Origin: a virus
Taxonomy: Duplodnaviria > Caudoviricetes
Virus record (IMG/VR): IMGVR_UViG_3300031555_001519
Coordinates: 1 to 64,000 of that record
DNA: 64,000 nucleotides
Reading direction: 5' to 3' (one strand)
Shown: piece by piece, positions 46,636 to 56,689 of the stretch
Position numbering within the stretch: the first letter of the stretch is position 1
Layout of the letters: each line of letters opens with the position of its first letter
Notes under the pieces: generated by a model
Told to the model about the DNA's origin: nothing
Database searches by the model: none
What the model saw: only the letters and a program-made list of their open reading frames with translations
Made by a program: the position numbers and the translations under genes

Positions 46636-48154
46636 CATTAGAAGACGTTAGAAACGATACAGAGCATAACAATTATATTATCCACTACATAAATAAAGAT
46701 GGTGAAGTCGATTGGATTTGGTTATCAAAAGAACAAATCTTAAATTGTGAATGGGCACAATTTTATTTTAATGGTGGTTATAAAGATAAGAAATTTCATT
46801 GTTAGATTGGAGAAGCAAAATGGATTGGAAAATGAGAGCTTTAATAGTTATCGGTATTCATGTAATTGGTGCAATAATCACACTAATAGCATGGTATAAA
46901 GATGGTACTTTTGAATGGCACGCAAAAAATGGAGATGGTTATTATTGGGCAGCTCCTTCTGATGTTGTGTTTCATGCTGTGGTTGCATGGGAAATTCATT
47001 TACTTTTATACATCATATGTACTATTGATGAGCTTATTGATGATTTCTTTTATAAGAAGTATGAAGAAGATAAAGATGAAGAAATCGCAGAAGAATTTGA
47101 AAAGAATTAATAAGGAAAGAGGAGAGTAGAGTATGAAAGAATTAAAGTATAAAGTTGGCGATGAAGTATTGATTAAGGGTGTTGTTACAAACATACTTTG
47201 TGGCGATTATCCGTATGATATTGCGTTCAATAAAAACAATAAGAATCTAGTTTGTTGGAGTGAAACTTTTAATCCTGAATGCGTTGTTGGGGAAGTTGAA
47301 GATTTTGTTAAGGTAGATGATCAGAAAACCTATGAACAGGGTCTGAATGATGCCTGGAAGATGGCTAAAAAGATTTGTATGACTATAAATAAAGGTGGTT
47401 TACCATCAGATCAATTGGAAGATATTTATGACGGTTATGATTTGACAGACGATATATTGGACAACTTCTCCGCTCAAGAAGCTATCGACTTATACAACGC
47501 CTGGAAAGAACGTAATGAGTTAAAGATGGGAGACATTGTGGAGTGGTCTAACGATAGCTACAGTTACAAGGGTATATTCTATTCAAAAGAAGGTAACGGC
47601 TGGTGGATACTAGATTCGGATTTAATAGCACCACAATTCTTATATTCTACCGAATGGAAGTTACGTAAACTCGAAGATGCTCCTATTGATATTTTAGGAG
47701 TTTTCAGAGATATTGGCAAGGAGGTTTAGGATATGAAAGAATATACTAACAAAACAATGTATGGAACTTATGGCGAGATATACGATCAGTTTAAAGAAAG
47801 AACTGCCATTAACAGTGATATGATAGTCGATTGGAGACCGGCTGCTAATTTCTACACAGACATTGGAGTTGATATAAGGAACGCTATCGTAGTTCAGTTA
47901 AAAAGTGGTGGTTGGATTATATACACTCCTGATAAAGAGTTTCATGTGGAGAAATAAGGAGGACTCATGGGTTTAACTAGCAAATTCTATTGTAAGAAAT
48001 GTCGCCAAATCAAATCTAGGTTTCAAGTTAAATGTGTTGACAACTATTACAACTATTATTACGAATGCAAATATTGTCATGAAAAAACGGAAAGTGTTGA
48101 GCACATGTTGATTCGATTAGAACAAGGGCGAGAGGTAATGAAATTGGAGGAAAC

Positions 48155-48472
48155 ATGGTAGGAAAATATAAAGTAATTACTTTGTGTGGTAGCACGAAGT
48201 TTAAAGATGATTTCATGGAACAACAGAAGTTATTAACTCTACAAGGATATATTGTAATTTCGGTAGGATTATTTGGTCATTCCGGTGACAATGAGGTTTG
48301 GTCAGAAGGAACAAAAGAAATGCTGGATGATATGCATAAGAGAAAGATTGATATAGCAGATGAGATTTTTGTAATTAATAAAAATGGTTATATTGGAAGC
48401 TCTACAAAGTCTGAAATCGAGTATGCGAAGTCTAAAGGGATGCCAATTACATATATGGAGGAGTTAATATGA
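48155..48472 (+). CDS. Nucleoside deoxyribosyltransferase-like (DUF4406-like) protein
   Basis: ITLCGS, KIDIADEIFV, GYIGSSTKSEIEYA. Confidence 0.6.
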   Translation: MVGKYKVITLCGSTKFKDDFMEQQKLLTLQGYIVISVGLFGHSGDNEVWSEGTKEMLDDMHKRKIDIADEIFVINKNGYIGSSTKSEIEYAKSKGMPITYMEELI

Positions 48473-49381
48473 TGACAACAAAATCTACATCAAAAAGAGA
48501 TAAGGATATTATTACTTTTGAATTTAAGAGTAATAATCCTAGACATATAAAAAGGGTACATGATGCTATAGAAAGTTGTTTGAAAGAACAACAAAAGATG
48601 GACGAGTTTAATTCATCGCAAATAAAAAACGCTAAACCCAGTAGATCGGTATTAGATTTGGAGGTGATTAAATGATTTGTTACCATTGTGAGAATGCTCC
48701 GGGGTGTAGTGTATTTAGAAATTTGTATTCTATTTCTGAAGAGTTTAGTATAAATCAATGTTGTAAATATCAAGAACCGAATGCTAACAAGTATAAAAAG
48801 ATAGCACAAAATGACCACTTGTTAAAACTTATCTATGACTATTTCACGCATCAAGTTGTGGGGCATAGTGAAAAAGAAGCAAAACAAGCCATTACAAGTG
48901 CTATATGGAACTTGTAAATAAAACAAGGCTTGATTGTAATAGAGGTGATAAATATATGGTAGAAGTAAAAGAAAAAAGAATATGTGATGGATATGATTGT
49001 TGGGGTAGACCTGAATACATTTATGTTTATGTGGTATTAGATGAAAGTGGTAATGAGATTTTTAGGTCAAAAAACGATCCTACAAGATTAATTAATATTG
49101 TTAGAAATGAGGTGCGTTAATGAGAAAACCAGAAAGATTAGATTCATTTTATGCAGAATTAAAAGAAATACATAAACATAGTTTTCCGGATATGAGATTC
49201 GGTCAGTTCATGATGAATGCTTTAGGTTGGATTAATTCGACCAAAGGATACGACCCATTCTTCCCGGAAGAAGATGAGATGCTTGACCTAATTAAAGAGT
49301 ATGCTAACTCTAATTCAATGTGGTATCAGGGATGGGATGTATTAAATAAGAAGTAAAGTTTAAAATAAAAAGGAGAAGGAA

Positions 49382-49819
49382 ATGATAGATTGTTTTGATG
49401 GTAAGTATGCATTTTTAAGTAATTTTTATGAAAATCCAGTGACGTACAATGGGTTGACTTACTTAAATAATGAAGCTGCGTTTCAAGCACAGAAAACATT
49501 AGATGAAGAAATTAGAAAAAAATTTACAACATTACCACCTAATTTAGCTAAGAAAAAGGGAAGAAAGATTACACTTAGACCTGATTGGGAAGAAGTAAAA
49601 GATACAATAATGTATGAGATTTGTAGACAAAAATTTATGAATCCCAAGAATGATTATCTTGGTGGAAAACTTGATATGACTGGGCTAGAAGAAATTGTAG
49701 AAGGTAATTATTGGCATGATAATTATTGGGGCAATTGCACTTGCGATAAGTGTAAAAATATCGAAGGACAGAACAAACTTGGTAAAATTCTTATGAAAAT
49801 TAGAATGATAAGATACTAA
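49382..49819 (+). CDS. NADAR (YbiA-like) family protein
   Basis: FLSNFY, EAAFQAQK, LRPDWEEVK, KF, DNYWG, GQNKLGKILM. Confidence 0.9.
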   Translation: MIDCFDGKYAFLSNFYENPVTYNGLTYLNNEAAFQAQKTLDEEIRKKFTTLPPNLAKKKGRKITLRPDWEEVKDTIMYEICRQKFMNPKNDYLGGKLDMTGLEEIVEGNYWHDNYWGNCTCDKCKNIEGQNKLGKILMKIRMIRY

Positions 49820-49876
49820 AACAGTCTTAAGACTGAATTTTAGGTAAGGGCATAATGGTGGAAGAGGCAATACTTA

Positions 49877-50200
49877 ATGAAATGGAACGTGTATATCTAT
49901 GATATTAATCAACAGAAGATGGCAGATTTTAATATTTTTGATCATGGTAGTTTTGTAGAATATGTCAAAAAGGCTATCAAGAAATTTAAGAATAAAGAAG
50001 TTTTTGCAAACCAATTAAAATCTGAACTAATGTATTATTTTTGGAGCAAATCAGAATGGGAGATTATTATTTCTCCTTGGTGTGGTAATAAAAAACCTTG
50101 TGACGTTAAGATAGATGTTTTTGACCAGGTGATGATGAATTGGGATGTGTTTGTTGATTATTGTTGGGAAAATAGAAAGGAAATTTTGAAATTAGATTAA
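49877..50200 (+). CDS. Hypothetical phage protein
   Basis: ORF with GAGG RBS. Confidence 0.7.
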   Translation: MKWNVYIYDINQQKMADFNIFDHGSFVEYVKKAIKKFKNKEVFANQLKSELMYYFWSKSEWEIIISPWCGNKKPCDVKIDVFDQVMMNWDVFVDYCWENRKEILKLD

Positions 50201-50222
50201 ACAAAATCTTAGGATGAACAAT

Positions 50223-50384
50223 ATGAAAATAAAAATAATTAAATATGATGGCACAGAAATGTTTTATGACGCTTTATCTTTTGAGTTTAGAACTAATCAA
50301 GTTTCAAATTGGATTAAAATTAAATTTAATAATGGTGAAACAATTGTTATTGATAATGTTTGTGTTATTAAGACAATTGATTAA
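50223..50384 (+). CDS. Small hypothetical protein
   Basis: Open frame with AGGA RBS, read manually. Confidence 0.5.
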   Translation: MKIKIIKYDGTEMFYDALSFEFRTNQVSNWIKIKFNNGETIVIDNVCVIKTID

Positions 50385-50415
50385 AAAAATAAATGACATA
50401 AAGGAGACTGAAATT

Positions 50416-50865
50416 ATGATAAGAACTAGAGGATTTGAAGTAGTAAAAGATGAAATGAGAAAGACAACCGGAGAGATTACTTTACCAACGAGAGGTACAT
50501 CAAAAGCAGCTGCGTATGATTTTTATTCTAATGGTGAATATACAATTGAACCTAATAAGATTGCAAAGATTTGGACAGATGTAAAAGCTTATATGGGTGA
50601 TGATGAAGTATTATTATTAGATGTTAGAAGTTCTATGGGTGGTAAGTTTATGCTCGCTAATACAATTGGTGTAGTGGATGCTGATTATTATTCTAATGAA
50701 AATAATGACGGTAATATTGGTATCTTCTTAAAAAATATTAGTGATGAAACTCTACATATTAATAATGGTGAGCGTGTTGCACAAGGAATGTTTTTTAAAT
50801 ATTTGGTTGCTGATAACGGTAATACTGATGTTGTTCGTAATGGTGGTTTTGGTAGTACGAATTAA
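50416..50865 (+). CDS. dut: Trimeric dUTPase
   Basis: AAYDF, RSS, GVVDADY, RVAQG, RNGGFGST; AAGGAG RBS before ATG 50416. Confidence 0.93.
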   Translation: MIRTRGFEVVKDEMRKTTGEITLPTRGTSKAAAYDFYSNGEYTIEPNKIAKIWTDVKAYMGDDEVLLLDVRSSMGGKFMLANTIGVVDADYYSNENNDGNIGIFLKNISDETLHINNGERVAQGMFFKYLVADNGNTDVVRNGGFGSTN

Positions 50866-50880
50866 TTTGGAGTTGATGTT

Positions 50881-51081
50881 ATGAGTGATACTGGTAATAA
50901 AATGCTTTTATCCATAAAGGATATAATGGAAATGACAGGTCTTGGTGAAAAGAAAATACGTCAAATGTTAAAAAGTCCGACAAGTACATTCACAATTCGT
51001 AATGGGAACAGATTATATGCACATAGAGAGTTATTTGAAGATTATATGGAAAAATGTGCAAAGTTCCATTTGACTTTGTAA
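50881..51081 (+). CDS. Excisionase-like HTH protein
   Basis: LLSIKDIMEMTGLGEKKIR; directly upstream of the integrase. Confidence 0.75.
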   Translation: MSDTGNKMLLSIKDIMEMTGLGEKKIRQMLKSPTSTFTIRNGNRLYAHRELFEDYMEKCAKFHLTL

Positions 51082-51158
51082 TTGCGACACCTTATAATTA
51101 AAGCATCAAGAAAATTACCCATAAATATTATTTGAAACAAGAAAGGATGATAATATAT

Positions 51159-52364
51159 ATGGGAAAAGACTTAAAAGGTAAAGAATTAGGAGTTGGATTA
51201 GGACAAAGAAAGGATGGTAGATACGAAGCAAGAGCAGTTGTTAATGGTGTTAAAATTGCTATATATGATTTTAATTTGAATGAATTAAAAAGAGAGTTTG
51301 AGAGAGAAAAAGAAAAAGCAAAAAGAAGCAATGTTGTACATTGTCCCGATGTTACAGTTATGGAATGGTTTGATGCATGGTTCGAGCAATATAAAAAACC
51401 AACATTAAAACCGACAGGCGTAGTAGGGTATAAAAGAAAGTTTGTCAATACATACGGTGCTCAATTGGGCTTCGTTAAAGTCAAGGAATTAAATCAGTTC
51501 ATAGTTCAAACCGCAACATCTGAACTAGTTAATAAAGGATATAAGTTTAAAACAATTCGAGATGCACTGGCTGTATTAAAACTTATGTTAGAAGCTGCTG
51601 TAGGGAATTGTGTAATTGATTATAATCCAGCTTTAGGTATTATTGTACCAACATATGCAGAAACTAAAGAAGAAAGAAGAGTGTTATCAAAGCAAGAACA
51701 AAAAACTTTTCTCGATAAAATTGAATCTTCTTTTTATAAAGAGCTTTATCATTTTATGTTATTAACCGGTGTACGTGTTGGTGAAATGGGTGCATTACAA
51801 TGGTCTGATATAGACTTTGAAAATGAATTCATTAACATATATCACTCACTAACTTGTCATTATGTTAAAGGTAAAAAGACTCTCATGATGTCCACACCAA
51901 AAACAAAAAACTCTTTCAGGAAAATACCATTTTTCGGAGAAACAAAACAAATACTTTTAGCACAAAAAGAAAAACAAAAAGAATTAAAAAAGCAACTTGG
52001 TGACAGATGGAGAGGCTCTGAAGAACTTGATAATGCCGATTTGGTATTTACTACATCTATGGGTTCTCCGGTTACTCGTTACGTTCTAGAGCATGATATG
52101 AGACAAGTAGCGAAAGATATCAATACTATTGAATTATATAATGCTACAAGAGAAGGAAGAGAAACAGTTGCTTTTGATCATCTACACCCTCATGCACTAA
52201 GACATACTTTTGCTACAAGATGTTTTGAAAAAGGCATGAGTGTAGAAACAGTCCAGAAAATAATGGGACACGCAAATATTAATATGACTATGAGTTACAC
52301 ACACGTTTTAGACGACATGTTAAAGAAAGCTGCAGTAGATGTGGGTAATTTCTTAGATGCGTAA
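51159..52364 (+). CDS. Phage integrase (tyrosine recombinase)
   Basis: N-terminal arm-binding QRKDGRYEAR; TGVRVGE, HALRHTFAT, MGHANINMTMSY. Confidence 0.93.
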   Translation: MGKDLKGKELGVGLGQRKDGRYEARAVVNGVKIAIYDFNLNELKREFEREKEKAKRSNVVHCPDVTVMEWFDAWFEQYKKPTLKPTGVVGYKRKFVNTYGAQLGFVKVKELNQFIVQTATSELVNKGYKFKTIRDALAVLKLMLEAAVGNCVIDYNPALGIIVPTYAETKEERRVLSKQEQKTFLDKIESSFYKELYHFMLLTGVRVGEMGALQWSDIDFENEFINIYHSLTCHYVKGKKTLMMSTPKTKNSFRKIPFFGETKQILLAQKEKQKELKKQLGDRWRGSEELDNADLVFTTSMGSPVTRYVLEHDMRQVAKDINTIELYNATREGRETVAFDHLHPHALRHTFATRCFEKGMSVETVQKIMGHANINMTMSYTHVLDDMLKKAAVDVGNFLDA

Positions 52365-52740
52365 AACTGTTGCGACAGATTACGATTTGCGTATAAAAAT
52401 TGAACTAACCAAGATTTATTTTAATATATGTTGCGTAAAAGTTGCGTAAAAATCGCAAGCAAGTGTTGCGAAGCCAGTAAAATCAAGGCTTCCCAAAAAA
52501 CTTATCAAAACAAATGTTAGGATAAATTCTTCGGCAAAGTTGTATGAGAACAACGGTTCAAATCCCTTTATTTTCTAGGGTTTGAGCCGTTTTTCTATGT
52601 GCAAAAACTAAATCTTGATGCGAAATTATTTTAGTAAAACACGGCATAAAATGGCATATTTTTTCCATGATTTGCGTATAGAATTGCAACGGATTTGCGT
52701 AAATTCAGAATACAAGAATCTGCGGCTAAGTTACGCAAAA
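52358..52740. other. Probable attP with arm-type repeats
   Basis: TGCGTAWA repeats near 52358, 52388, 52432, 52443, 52673, 52696 and inverted TTACGCAA at 52731, surrounding a central region. Confidence 0.65.
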
Positions 52741-52786
52741 TAAAGCTATGAAACTGGGTAATTTTCTTGTAATAACACTTCAAACA

Positions 52787-52835
52787 AAAATCAAAAAAGG
52801 GGGATATCTCAGTGAGATAACCCCCCTTTGATTTT
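52787..52835. terminator. Bidirectional terminator between convergent int and rep
   Basis: GGGGG.TATCTC-agt-GAGATA.CCCCC with A/T tracts on both sides. Confidence 0.7.
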
Positions 52836-52838
52836 ATC

Positions 52839-53642
52839 TTACATACTAACTAAATTCTGATAATGAATATCTAATGTTAATACTGAATTGTATAAAACAG
52901 ATAAGACAAAATTCCTCATATTAGTTATTTTGGTTTTATAATTGTTAATAGCATCAATGGTATAATTGATATGATTCATATTAACTTTCAATAATATAGT
53001 TTTCAAATGTTCGCTATTTATTTCCCCATTATTAATTTTAATACTTTTATAATTGTTAGCTAATATGTCTACCATTATATCCACTATATTATCTACTAAC
53101 TCTTTGTTAGACGAACTAACAAACACCGGATCATAATCAATATTGTTTCGTATGATGTTTGTATATAAAGTATTATTATTTATATTATTATTACTTAAGT
53201 TCTTATTATACGAGTGGGTTTCCCACTGTATAGGTAAGCTACCATGTGGGAATTCCACAGGTGGAGAATCCACAAGTGGGTTTTCAACATATGGACTAGT
53301 AGGAGTATGAGCCACACGTTGATTTTCAACATGTGGGTTATCACACACTTCGTATTCATAATAAAATTGTTTTGATTCTTCATCACGTAATTTATATTGA
53401 ATAAGATATCCATTGTCTTTTAATTCTTTCCATGCACCTCTAAATGCGGTTTCTCCATCCTTTGATTTGTTAATTAAAAATTGTTTGTAGAGCACAAAGT
53501 TGTCTAAGCTAATATAAGATTCAATAAGTGATAATAACCCCTTGGCTTTCAAAGACAAATTCTCGTCTCTAAGAGCAATATTACTAACTTGAGCAAATGA
53601 TGTCTTTTTCTTTCTGAAAGCTCCTGCCGGCATGTAAATCAC
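52839..53642 (-). CDS. Replication initiator (N-terminal HTH, DUF6017-like C-terminus)
   Basis: VSNIALRDENLSLKAKGLL..ELKDNGY; P.VEN repeats; C-terminal ITNMRNFVLSVLYN. Confidence 0.75.
   Translation of the reverse strand: MIYMPAGAFRKKKTSFAQVSNIALRDENLSLKAKGLLSLIESYISLDNFVLYKQFLINKSKDGETAFRGAWKELKDNGYLIQYKLRDEESKQFYYEYEVCDNPHVENQRVAHTPTSPYVENPLVDSPPVEFPHGSLPIQWETHSYNKNLSNNNINNNTLYTNIIRNNIDYDPVFVSSSNKELVDNIVDIMVDILANNYKSIKINNGEINSEHLKTILLKVNMNHINYTIDAINNYKTKITNMRNFVLSVLYNSVLTLDIHYQNLVSM
53235..53336 (-). repeat. 15-bp iterons inside rep (probable origin)
   Basis: CCACATGTTGAAAAT, CCATATGTTGAAAAC, CCACTTGTGGATTCT, CCACCTGTGGAATTC, CCACATGGTAGCTTA, followed by an AT-rich tract. Confidence 0.65.
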
Positions 53643-53645
53643 TCC

Positions 53646-54701
53646 CTATTTAATTAATTTCATTAATTTCTCTCTTGCAGAAAGTTCTTGAGTTGCTTTT
53701 TTATTTTGTGTGGGTATAATATTATAATCGTCTTTAAATACAAATTCAGAACTAAATTGCATATCCATTTCAATTTTCTTTTTATCTTCTTGAATAGAAT
53801 CATATAAGCGATTAATTACAGTTACCGGATATTGTAAACCACTCATGAACACCATATCTGATTTTGTTTGATAACCTTGGAAAACATCTCTCCAATATCC
53901 GAATGATAATTGTAATTCATCATAATCAATCCTTACCGTCTTGCGCATGGTAGTAGATTTAATTCCACAGTAATATAATGTATTGCGTAATTCTATATCT
54001 GCAAAAATATTATTTGTAATAGCAGCTTTAATTGATGGAGTAATATCTGCTTGTGTTGGTTTGCGTACAAAATGATTAAGTACTCCATATCCCTTTTGTT
54101 CTAACATTGCACAAATCTCTGAATAATCATATATGCCATCAATAGAAGTGGACACATCAGATATAAGTGAATATATTAAATTGGCAAGTGTTTCATTACT
54201 TCTAACAAAATTAGATTCTTTATTATTATCAACAATGAATACAGTATGTTGAGCACATCCGAATAATTCTTTTAACAATTCATATGAATTAGTCTTTGCT
54301 TGTAATGACTCTGATAAACTTGGGATAGTAATAACTGGAATAACAATTTTCCCAAGTTCGTTTTCTAATAACTCTGTCATCAACGCACACATTCCGGAAG
54401 AAGTACCACCACCAGTAGAACCAAATAAGAATACATATTTACCAGTTAAATAGCGTTCTATATGTTTTAAGATGTCTTCATAATTATGTGCTAAATAAGC
54501 CTTAGATACATTTCTATCTTTATGACAACCAATTGCGCCTTTAACATGATAGTAGTGCATATCTTGTAATCCTAAACTATTCAAATCTTCCATAGCAGAG
54601 TTAATATAAAAACTTGCTAAATTATATTTTTTAAAAGCTGCAACTTGATTTCCACCACAAGCGCCAATTCCTAATAATCCAAAATCTTTTAAATCATGCA
54701 T
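53646..54701 (-). CDS. tubZ: Tubulin/FtsZ-family GTPase (TubZ-like partition motor)
   Basis: GIGACGGN, INS..D, GSTGGGTSSG tubulin signature, VDN. Confidence 0.8.
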   Translation of the reverse strand: MHDLKDFGLLGIGACGGNQVAAFKKYNLASFYINSAMEDLNSLGLQDMHYYHVKGAIGCHKDRNVSKAYLAHNYEDILKHIERYLTGKYVFLFGSTGGGTSSGMCALMTELLENELGKIVIPVITIPSLSESLQAKTNSYELLKELFGCAQHTVFIVDNNKESNFVRSNETLANLIYSLISDVSTSIDGIYDYSEICAMLEQKGYGVLNHFVRKPTQADITPSIKAAITNNIFADIELRNTLYYCGIKSTTMRKTVRIDYDELQLSFGYWRDVFQGYQTKSDMVFMSGLQYPVTVINRLYDSIQEDKKKIEMDMQFSSEFVFKDDYNIIPTQNKKATQELSAREKLMKLIK

Positions 54702-54703
54702 AA

Positions 54704-54964
54704 TTAAACCCCCTTAATTAAATTAATACCATCTTCAGTAATGTAATACATTTTTTGTTTCCCATAATTCCCTGATTGGCACACTAACTGTTTATTAATT
54801 AATTTTGATAAATGTTTCCAAACACAAGCTCTTTTTACTTCGGTGATATTCATTTCTTTAATTGTCAACCCAAGTATGTGATTTGTTGCGCCATTAGAAT
54901 CCAAGGAGCTTAAAATAAGATAGTCAATTCTGGAAAGTTCCGTTTGGTTCTTTGCTGTTCCCAT
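54704..54964 (-). CDS. Winged-helix protein (TubR-like adaptor)
   Basis: wHTH pattern ending YYITEDG; directly upstream of tubZ. Confidence 0.65.
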   Translation of the reverse strand: MGTAKNQTELSRIDYLILSSLDSNGATNHILGLTIKEMNITEVKRACVWKHLSKLINKQLVCQSGNYGKQKMYYITEDGINLIKGV

Positions 54965-55031
54965 GTGTTCCCTCCTTTTCTTTGTGGTTCCAAAGTGTTA
55001 TAAAGTGTTACAAAGTGTTCCTTTGATGTTC
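54931..55031. repeat. 10-bp-period repeats (centromere-like tubC)
   Basis: Ten consecutive units, most ending in GTTC/GTTA, including CAAAGTGTTA TAAAGTGTTA CAAAGTGTTC. Confidence 0.65.
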
Positions 55032-55033
55032 AT

Positions 55034-55062
55034 ATTATAAACAGTAATGTTCATAAAGTCAA
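55034..55062 (-). promoter_or_regulatory. Promoter of tubR-tubZ-rep
   Basis: Minus-strand TTGACT-17-TATAAT. Confidence 0.75.
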
Positions 55063-55113
55063 CAGATATATTTTTTATTTTATGATATAATATAAATGGA
55101 AGGAGAGAAGAGT

Positions 55114-55311
55114 ATGGAAGTTAATTATGATAAATTGTTTGCATATATGTTCAAAAACAATATAAGTAAAAGTGCATTGGCTGAAAAGGCAGGAATTAGC
55201 AGAAATACAATTATAAAAATGACAAAAGGCGAGCCGGTACATTTATCTGTAATAATGGCAATTTGTGAAGCGTATGGCCTACCATTAACTGATGTAATCC
55301 AAGAAAAATAA
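55114..55311 (+). CDS. Cro/CI (XRE) HTH regulator
   Basis: YDKLF..ISKSALAEKAGISRNTI..V.L..I.AIC. Confidence 0.85.
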   Translation: MEVNYDKLFAYMFKNNISKSALAEKAGISRNTIIKMTKGEPVHLSVIMAICEAYGLPLTDVIQEK

Positions 55312-55343
55312 AAAAAGGGGACTACTCGTTTGAGTAATCCCCT
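55310..55343 (-). terminator. Terminator of the tail/radical-SAM operon
   Basis: AGGGGACTACTC-gttt-GAGTAATCCCCT with an upstream A tract. Confidence 0.7.
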
Positions 55344-55349
55344 AATATT

Positions 55350-56678
55350 TCATTCAGACAAATCTAATAACATATTATACTCATCTTCAGAAATAATCTT
55401 TAAAGCCCATTCTTTAGGACAATGCATTTTAAATCTTTTATTAATATTATTCTTCTTATGATACATGTTCCATAAATAAACATTAGCTAAAGAACGTGCT
55501 TTATGCATTTCACAAATATGAGTAACACGCTTATCTGCTGAACCTGTTTCTTGATAATTATTTGCACTACACCAAGCACAACCTTCAGCAATAGGGCAGT
55601 AGAAGCACTCATCAGTGCTTTGAGTTCTTCTATCAATGCAGTTCAAACATTTAATACATTTCTGTTCACATTTTTTAGACGCAATTCCGGTATTAACACT
55701 GCCAATTCTTAAGGGCTTACGAGAACTTCCTAACGAACTTTCCATATATCTGATGCATGGGTATAAATATCCATCCGGATCACAAGATAACATAAACCCA
55801 GTACCACCACACCAATTCTGCAAATCATTTTCATCCTTAGGCTTAAAGAAAATTTCTTCAAATAAAGAACAATAAGTATTGCCAACTAAGTCATTATCTA
55901 CAAAGTAGTCAGCTATCTTTTTTAACTGTTTATAAAACTCAATTGCATGTTCTTGTTCCCAACCTTTTTCATAAACACAATTTGCATTAATATCTAAATA
56001 CCCTAATTCAACCATATGTATAATTGCATCATAAAGATAGTTTATATTACCAGGTGCAATAGTAATTTTACTCCCCATATAATTACCTTTTTCAATCCAG
56101 TCATTAGCACCAGCAATAGCAATATCATAACTAGGACTTCCATTAGGAAATACTCTGCATGAATCATGCAATTCTTTATTACCATCTATTGTAATAGAGA
56201 AAGACATGTGTTCTTTATTTTTATTTAAAAAATTCTGAACTTTTTCATCAAAGTAAAGAACACCATTTGAGCAAATGCTAATGCAATAATTGGTTGCCCA
56301 TGGATGCATTAATTCAATAGCTCGAACTCTAAAATAGTCTACAATCTGGTCTATTAATTCTACTTCAAGAAATGGTTCTCCACCTATAAACTCAAGTACA
56401 ATTGCTGGAGAAGTATCAGTATTTATATATTCTTTAAATCCTTTTTCACCAGATAGAAGAAGGTCTATAAATTTTTTAGCAATGTCAAAAGACATTCTTC
56501 TTTTACCTTTATTAATTTGATAACAGTATGTACATGCAAGATTACATGCGTCTGTCACTTGAAATGTTACAGTTCTTGATAATATTCTTTCCTTTTGATT
56601 CTCTGACAATGTTTCAGGATACAATCTTGCGATCATATCCTGCCATTGTTCCATACGTCTTAACTTTTTCTCTGACAT
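55350..56678 (-). CDS. Radical SAM/SPASM peptide maturase, CXXX-repeat target family
   Basis: CNLACTYCY, FIGGEP, SPASM NWCGG..YPC..CFYCPIAEGCAWC..C. Confidence 0.88.
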   Translation of the reverse strand: MSEKKLRRMEQWQDMIARLYPETLSENQKERILSRTVTFQVTDACNLACTYCYQINKGKRRMSFDIAKKFIDLLLSGEKGFKEYINTDTSPAIVLEFIGGEPFLEVELIDQIVDYFRVRAIELMHPWATNYCISICSNGVLYFDEKVQNFLNKNKEHMSFSITIDGNKELHDSCRVFPNGSPSYDIAIAGANDWIEKGNYMGSKITIAPGNINYLYDAIIHMVELGYLDINANCVYEKGWEQEHAIEFYKQLKKIADYFVDNDLVGNTYCSLFEEIFFKPKDENDLQNWCGGTGFMLSCDPDGYLYPCIRYMESSLGSSRKPLRIGSVNTGIASKKCEQKCIKCLNCIDRRTQSTDECFYCPIAEGCAWCSANNYQETGSADKRVTHICEMHKARSLANVYLWNMYHKKNNINKRFKMHCPKEWALKIISEDEYNMLLDLSE

Positions 56679-56689
56679 AAAAACTCCCT

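Larger units (their letters stand above)
44149..49356 (+). other. Run of ~20 small co-oriented hypothetical genes
   Basis: Packed ORFs with RBSs, e.g. 44149-44361, 44358-44567, 44622-44816, 45034-45261, 45716-46027, 46130-46321, 46363-46635, 47133-47729, 47733-47957, 47967-48161, 48469-48675, 48672-48917, 49120-49356; several contain CxxC pairs. Confidence 0.7.

Noticed and set aside
50245-50415. N-terminal hydrophobic extension of dUTPase
   Set aside because: The RBS supports ATG 50416, and the upstream region is occupied by a small ORF in another frame.
52748-52764. ATGAAAC match near attP as another array unit
   Set aside because: No preceding long hairpin and no TA-N-AGA extension.
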